This document shows, one piece after another, positions 59,148 through 64,000 of a stretch of 64,000 nt of DNA (position 1 is the first letter of the stretch; each line of letters opens with the position of its first letter). A program made the translations under genes and the position numbers. Below the pieces are notes generated by a model. That model did no database searches. It had not been told where the DNA came from and worked only from the letters and a program-made list of their open reading frames with translations. Source of the stretch: Candidatus Omnitrophota bacterium (GTDB lineage: Bacteria > Omnitrophota > Gorgyraeia > Ghiorseimicrobiales > Ghiorseimicrobiaceae); NCBI GenBank assembly GCA_030681595.1, contig JAUXSB010000009.1:24265-88264 (forward strand). The letters run 5' to 3'.

Positions 59148-60136
59148 TGGGAAAATATTTTAAAGAAGGGAGAAGAGAGAAGGGAGAAGGGCGAAAGATT
59201 TTTTATTTTTTTCTATCTTCTATTCTCTATCTTCTATTTTTCGGATTTTACGGCTGTGCCGTAAAGCCCTATCATAGCCAGACACGCTTGATAATGGGCA
59301 CCGTGATGGAGATAGTTGCTCAGGATGAGAAAGCGATTGAAGCGGCATTTAAGGAAATCGAGCATATTGACGATTTAATGAGCAATTATAAGCCGGAAAG
59401 CGAAATTTCGCGCCTGAATAAAGACGGCCAGGTTAAAGCATCGCCTGAGACATTGGCGGTAGTGAAAGCGTCAAAAAAGCTTTTCCGGTTTAGCGAAGGG
59501 GCTTTTGACATAACCGTAGGGCCGTTAATAAAATTATGGAATGTTAAGGGGAATATGCAAAAAGATGCTTCTTTAATAAGGATACCCGGGGAGGGAAAAA
59601 TAAAAGAAGCATTATCTTGCGTGGGAACAAATTTTATTGATATAGACGAAAAAAACAGTATAATACGGTTAAAGAAGAAAAGCGTTATTTTAGATTTAGG
59701 GGCAATTGCTGCCGGTTACGCTGTGGATAGGGCAATCGCCGTATTAAAACAAAACGGCGTAAGAAATGCTTTGGTTAATGCCGGCGGCGAAATATATTGT
59801 TTAGGAAAAAAGGGTTTTTCCTACTGGAAAGTAGGTTTGCAAAATCCGCGTAAAAAGGATGGCGTAGCAGATATAGTTAAGCTGCGGAATAGGGCGGTAG
59901 CGACTTCTGGCGACTACGAGCAGTTTTTTGTATATGAAAACAAGCGCTACGCGCATATAATTGACCCGCGTACCGGATATCCGGTAGATAACGGTATAAT
60001 CTCGGTAAGTGTTTTTGCCGATGATTGCACAACCGCCGACGCTTTAGGCACAGCGATTTTCGTTTTAGGAAAAGAAAAAGGCGAGCAGTTAGCAAAGCGG
60101 TTTAAGAACGTGGAAGTAAAGATAATTACAAAATAA
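59144..60136 (+). CDS. apbE: FAD:protein FMN transferase (ApbE family) lipoprotein
   Basis: ApbE motifs (DITVGPLIKLW, ATSGDYEQ…HIIDPRTG). N-terminal TM/lipobox GC. Confidence 0.85.
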   Translation: MMGKYFKEGRREKGEGRKIFYFFLSSILYLLFFGFYGCAVKPYHSQTRLIMGTVMEIVAQDEKAIEAAFKEIEHIDDLMSNYKPESEISRLNKDGQVKASPETLAVVKASKKLFRFSEGAFDITVGPLIKLWNVKGNMQKDASLIRIPGEGKIKEALSCVGTNFIDIDEKNSIIRLKKKSVILDLGAIAAGYAVDRAIAVLKQNGVRNALVNAGGEIYCLGKKGFSYWKVGLQNPRKKDGVADIVKLRNRAVATSGDYEQFFVYENKRYAHIIDPRTGYPVDNGIISVSVFADDCTTADALGTAIFVLGKEKGEQLAKRFKNVEVKIITK

Positions 60137-60208
60137 TCCATAGCGTAAAAGTCAAAACGTAAAACGCAAAACCAAAATTAAAAATTAGCCAATGGTAAAA
60201 AATTTACA

Positions 60209-61027
60209 ATGTTTAAAATAGTCCATAAGGAAATATTAAGCCCGACGGTAAAAAGGCTTGTTATAGAGGCAAGAGGCGTCGCCAACAAAGCCCGGCCCGG
60301 GCAATTTGCAGTTATCCGTATTGATGAAAAAGGCGAGCGCATACCTTTGACTATTGTTAAGGCCGATAAGGATAAAGGATCGATTACGCTGATTTTTCAG
60401 GAAGTTGGATTTACTACACGGAAATTAGGCAAGCTGGAAGAGGGGCAAAGCGTATCGGATGTCTTAGGCCCTTTGGGGCATCCGGCGGAAATAAAAAAAT
60501 ACGGTACGGTAGTTTGTGTTGCCGGAGGCGTGGGTGTGGCCGAGGTTTTGCCGGTAGCAGAGGCGATGAGAAATGCCGGAAATAAAGTGTTCGGTATAAT
60601 CGGAGCGCGCAGTAAAGATTTGATTATTTTAGAGCGCCAAATGCGCGCAGTTTGCCATGAATTGCATATAACTACAGATGATGGGACTTATGGCCAAAAA
60701 GGGCTGGTCACAGATGTCTTAAAAAATCTAATAGGTTTAGCAACGATAAACCTTGCTTATGCGATAGGCCCGGTTGCGATGATGCAGGCAGTTTCCGAAT
60801 TAACCAAAAAATATAATATAAAAACTGTAGTCTGTCTTAATCCGATTATGGTTGATGGCACCGGCATGTGCGGTTCATGCCGTGTCACTGTGGATGGCAA
60901 GGTAAAGTTTTGCTGTGTCGACGGGCCGGATTTTGACGGGCATAAAGTTGATTTTTCCGAATTAAATCAGAGATTAAAGTTATTTCAGGCGCAAGAGGAA
61001 GAAGTAAATAGAGGGGATCGTATTTAA
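60209..61027 (+). CDS. PyrK/SudB-like FAD/NAD(P)-binding oxidoreductase with a C-terminal 2Fe-2S Cys cluster
   Basis: 272 aa. RPGQF flavin motif and GGVGVA NAD motif. C-terminal CGSCRV…CC cluster. No partner subunit adjacent. Confidence 0.75.
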   Translation: MFKIVHKEILSPTVKRLVIEARGVANKARPGQFAVIRIDEKGERIPLTIVKADKDKGSITLIFQEVGFTTRKLGKLEEGQSVSDVLGPLGHPAEIKKYGTVVCVAGGVGVAEVLPVAEAMRNAGNKVFGIIGARSKDLIILERQMRAVCHELHITTDDGTYGQKGLVTDVLKNLIGLATINLAYAIGPVAMMQAVSELTKKYNIKTVVCLNPIMVDGTGMCGSCRVTVDGKVKFCCVDGPDFDGHKVDFSELNQRLKLFQAQEEEVNRGDRI

Positions 61028-61040
61028 GTTAGCCGGGGAG

Positions 61041-61289
61041 GTGGATATGAAATGTTTTGCGCTTTTGCTGATAATGCCAGCGGTTGGTATGGTTACCGCA
61101 AGTTTCTTTGTTGCCTTTGCGGCATCAAAAACAGACTCTAAAGGGTTAAAGAATTATGCTAGGTTTGTTATAGCGCTTCTCGGGATTGCCGCGGTAGCCA
61201 TTATTTGCGGCGTTGTATGTAAATTTATCTTCGCGGGTGGCTGTTCTACTTTGGGTTCAGGCAGGTATGAGCCGTTTTGCCCGATGTAA
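61041..61289 (+). CDS. hypothetical small membrane protein (2 TM)
   Basis: 82 aa and hydrophobic. Confidence 0.4.
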   Translation: MDMKCFALLLIMPAVGMVTASFFVAFAASKTDSKGLKNYARFVIALLGIAAVAIICGVVCKFIFAGGCSTLGSGRYEPFCPM

Positions 61290-61978
61290 TTCCTTTAGTA
61301 ATGGCTTTATTGATTCTAACGTTACTTACAGTCATTTTTGCCTTAGTCATCATTGTGTTGAGCCTTTCTCCGCCGAAAGATTCAAAAACAAAAGAACCGG
61401 AAGTAAAACACAGCGAAAGCTTAGAAAAGAATATTAAAAAACTTAAAGGGCAAATTAGCCTGCTTGAAGTAGAATTAAAGAAGGAAAAAGAAAACAGTAA
61501 GCTGATTAAAGGAGATCTGGACAAAACGCTAGAGCGGGAAGTAGTGCTGCTTAACGAGAAAAAAACCGAAGCAAAAGAAAGAGGCGATTTGGAAAACGCG
61601 AAAAAGGAATTGCGTGAAGCCAAGCGCAAATTGGCCGATAAGGATAAGGTATTTGATGCGGAGTATTCTCTAAACTTAAAATTAAAGAAAGAGTTGGAAG
61701 ATAAAAAGAATGAAATAGGGCTGCTTAAAAAAGATTCCCGGCAGATGACGGATGAAAATAGAGGGCTTGAGCTTGAAGTAAAGAAACTATATGAGAAAAT
61801 ATCCGCGCAGGAGGGTATAATTAAAAATCTGGAAAAGAAGCAATCTGAATCCAGCTGGGTTTCCAAAAAAGAATATTCAAAGCTTGAAAAAGAATTAGCA
61901 GGCAAGAGAGAAGAAATAGAAAGGCTGCGTTCGGAGTTATTGGGTCTTGGCGGGAAAAACGGGGCTTTTAGGGAGTAG
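61277..61978 (+). CDS. membrane-anchored coiled-coil protein (K/E-rich)
   Basis: N-terminal TM helix, then ~190 aa of heptad-like K/E/L repeats. The mirror ORF on the - strand (61246..61905) is Ser-rich and judged spurious. Confidence 0.55.
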   Translation: MPDVIPLVMALLILTLLTVIFALVIIVLSLSPPKDSKTKEPEVKHSESLEKNIKKLKGQISLLEVELKKEKENSKLIKGDLDKTLEREVVLLNEKKTEAKERGDLENAKKELREAKRKLADKDKVFDAEYSLNLKLKKELEDKKNEIGLLKKDSRQMTDENRGLELEVKKLYEKISAQEGIIKNLEKKQSESSWVSKKEYSKLEKELAGKREEIERLRSELLGLGGKNGAFRE

Positions 61979-61998
61979 ATAAAAGGAGATGAGCGGCG

Positions 61999-63435
61999 AT
62001 GACTCAGATTGAGGGTCTTTTTAGCAATCTTAGAATAATAAACTTTATTGATATCGGTGTAATTGCCATATTCATTTATATGGTCTTAATTTGGTTTGAG
62101 CAGGCAAGAGCAAGATTTGTACTGATCGGCTTGTTTATCTTAGGCTCTGTTTACATTTTAGCGCGTTTGTTCGGCTTGTACCTAACGACGATATTCTTTC
62201 AGGCCTTTTTTGCTATTTTCCTGATTATGGTAGTGATAATATTCCAGGATGAATTCCGCCGCTTTTTTGAGCGTGTAGCGTTATGGGGGTTAATCCGTAA
62301 TAAAAGGCGTTTTACCTCCTTTAACGAAAATGTAGATATACTCACTAATGCGCTGGCAGAGCTTTCTAATAAAAAAATCGGAGCGTTGGTAGTAATAAAG
62401 GGGACAGATCACCTGGCGCGCCATATTGAGGGAGGTATACCTCTAGGCGGCTTAATAAGCCAGATTATACTGGAGGCCATTTTTAATCCTGGCGCCCCTA
62501 CCCATGACGGAGCGGTAATTGTCGAAGAAGGGCGTATTATTGAATTCGGATGCCACCTGCCTCTTTCTATGAATATTCACGAGATCGGCCATTTAGGCAC
62601 TAGGCACGCCGCAGCTTTAGGTTTAGCCGAGCGTACCGATGCTTTGTGCCTGGTTGTGTCCGAAGAAAGAGGGACTGTTTCTTTCGCCGAAGGCAATAAA
62701 ATAAAGGCGTTAAAAGATATGGCGGCATTGCGTCTCTGCTTAGAAGATTTCTACCGTAAACAGTTTCCGCAGCGAAGGAATATATGGTCAGATTTGTTAA
62801 CCGGGCATATTTTTGAGAAGTTGACCGCGATTGCTTTAGCCTTCGGCCTGTGGTTTGCGTTCGGGCATACACAGGACATAATCCAGAGAGATTTTGTCGT
62901 TCCGATAGAATACCGTAATCTTGCCTCGAATTGGACTATTACCGAGCCTAAGCCTAAAGAGGCTAGCGTTGCTTTAAGCGGAATCGAAAGCGCTTTTAGC
63001 TTAATGGATCCAAAGGAGCTTAAAATTTCTTTGGATATGTCTGGAGTTAAAGATGGGCTTAATGAATTTACGTTTTCTAAAGATTCAATCCGTAATCCGA
63101 CGGGAATCTCGATAATGGGTATTAGCCCGCCAAAGATCACACTTGAGGCATACCGAATGGTTAATTTAAGCGTTCCGATAGAGGCAGTGACTGTCGGGCG
63201 GCTGCCTGCCGGGCTTGGCCTTGTCAATATTAAGGTTGAACCGCAGGTGATTTCGATATTTGCCCCAAGCACTATCCAGCGCGATTTAATTAAGGTTACA
63301 ATAGAAGAAATCGATTTACGCAAGATAACTGAAACACAGATTGTTATGAATAAAATTGTTTTACCCAAAGAGGTACGTTTAGCGGATGATAAGCAGCAGG
63401 AGGTAAAAGTTACCATTGAAGTAGAAAAGAGATAG
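61999..63435 (+). CDS. cdaA: diadenylate cyclase CdaA fused to a YbbR-like (CdaR) domain region
   Basis: Three N-terminal TM helices. DAC domain motifs THDGAVIV and LGTRHAAALG (RHR variant RHA). Then a further TM segment and ~170 aa with YbbR-like beta-repeat patterns (VTVGRLPAGLGLVNIKVEPQVISIFAP) in the same ORF. Confidence 0.8.
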   Translation: MTQIEGLFSNLRIINFIDIGVIAIFIYMVLIWFEQARARFVLIGLFILGSVYILARLFGLYLTTIFFQAFFAIFLIMVVIIFQDEFRRFFERVALWGLIRNKRRFTSFNENVDILTNALAELSNKKIGALVVIKGTDHLARHIEGGIPLGGLISQIILEAIFNPGAPTHDGAVIVEEGRIIEFGCHLPLSMNIHEIGHLGTRHAAALGLAERTDALCLVVSEERGTVSFAEGNKIKALKDMAALRLCLEDFYRKQFPQRRNIWSDLLTGHIFEKLTAIALAFGLWFAFGHTQDIIQRDFVVPIEYRNLASNWTITEPKPKEASVALSGIESAFSLMDPKELKISLDMSGVKDGLNEFTFSKDSIRNPTGISIMGISPPKITLEAYRMVNLSVPIEAVTVGRLPAGLGLVNIKVEPQVISIFAPSTIQRDLIKVTIEEIDLRKITETQIVMNKIVLPKEVRLADDKQQEVKVTIEVEKR

Positions 63436-63598
63436 GTTTTTTAGGACGATAAGTTAACCCGTTTATTGTTTAATAAATATTCGTTATCCCGCCTTTTGTA
63501 CCCAAATAGATAATAACCGATAAGGAAAATAGGCCTCGGCCGCGTGCGAATTACCGTTTTGATTATGATGACTTTAATCTCGAAAGGAGAAGAATAGA

Positions 63599-64000
63599 AT
63601 GAAAAAAAAGATGATATTGACGGCGTGTTTTCTTTTTGCTATGGCAGAAAGTGTTTTTGCCGGAATGGAATTACCAAAGCATAGCTGGGATTTGGGAGTG
63701 GAAGTATCACATATCAGCTATAAAGAGCCTGACGTAATGAAAGAAGAAGGTATCTTGTACGGATTAAACGGCTCTTATGCGTATCGGCAGGGTGTCATAT
63801 TTAAAACTGATGCCAGGTTTAGCTTTGGGCAGGTGGATTACTCATCGCCGTCTTCAGGGAATATGGACGGCGTGGACGATATCTTGCTAGAAGTCAGGGA
63901 AATGATAGGTTATGATTTATCTGTCTTGGATACGGCTCAGCTTATGCCTTACATAGGTTTTGGGTACCGGTATTTAAATGATGACTCATCCGGTATGGCC
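63599..64000 (+). CDS. putative outer-membrane beta-barrel protein (3' end beyond the window)
   Basis: ATG at 63599. Signal peptide MKKKMILTACFLFAMAESVFA, then alternating amphipathic beta-strands rich in Y/G. Open to the window end. Confidence 0.55.
   Translation, partial: MKKKMILTACFLFAMAESVFAGMELPKHSWDLGVEVSHISYKEPDVMKEEGILYGLNGSYAYRQGVIFKTDARFSFGQVDYSSPSSGNMDGVDDILLEVREMIGYDLSVLDTAQLMPYIGFGYRYLNDDSSGMA

Noticed and set aside
61246-61905. 219-aa Ser-rich ORF on the - strand
   Set aside because: It is the exact antisense of the K/E-rich coiled-coil gene. Its low-complexity Ser/Phe content is what the complement of AAG/GAA-rich DNA produces. No start context was found. Treated as a shadow ORF.

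Overview
All predicted genes in this 64 kb window lie on the + strand. The sequence is AT-rich and looks bacterial, from a densely packed chromosome core. I do not commit to a phylum from sequence alone.

Gene content, in order:
- Tail of the S10/spc/alpha ribosomal-protein cluster: rplE(partial)-rpsZ-rpsH-rplF-rplR-rpsE-rplO-secY-adk-map-infA-rpmJ-rpsM-rpsK-rpsD-rpoA-rplQ. No L30 is present and S14 is the zinc type.
- An aminotransferase, then leuC-pilT-leuD.
- A biotin operon, bioB-F-H-C-D-A, preceded by a BirA-type operator.
- A c-di-GMP module: PAS-GGDEF-HD-GYP plus three PilZ singletons around gpsA and a tRNA-Pro(GGG).
- hom-thrC-coaB-apgM-lysC-cimA/leuA-valS-nadC-uvrB, two orphan small proteins, and coaX.
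- groES-groEL with a CIRCE element.
- A CBS-less IMPDH-like gene, guaA, dnaE, hup, hisS and aspS.
- A LysM lipoprotein, then phoH, a 7TM-HD protein and ybeY (Bacillus-like order), then recO, panE, polX and apbE.
- A PyrK-like oxidoreductase, two small membrane/coiled-coil proteins, a cdaA-cdaR(YbbR) fusion ORF, and the start of an outer-membrane protein.

The most unusual signal is repeat-related rather than a gene cassette. Several families of short, GC-rich, hairpin-forming repeats sit in intergenic regions, and some are inserted in-frame inside essential genes. valS carries two unrelated in-frame repeat insertions and nadC carries one. hisS has a 7-mer x3 tract and shares a 25-mer with a TIR-flanked 320 bp insert that splits bioH from bioC. 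A ~70 bp leader element with mutually exclusive hairpins supplies the SD and GTG start of two unrelated genes, bioD and apgM. This resembles the in-frame palindromic-element invasion described in Rickettsia (RPEs), here in a different genomic background.

I found no CRISPR, no rRNA, and no obvious prophage or IS transposase.
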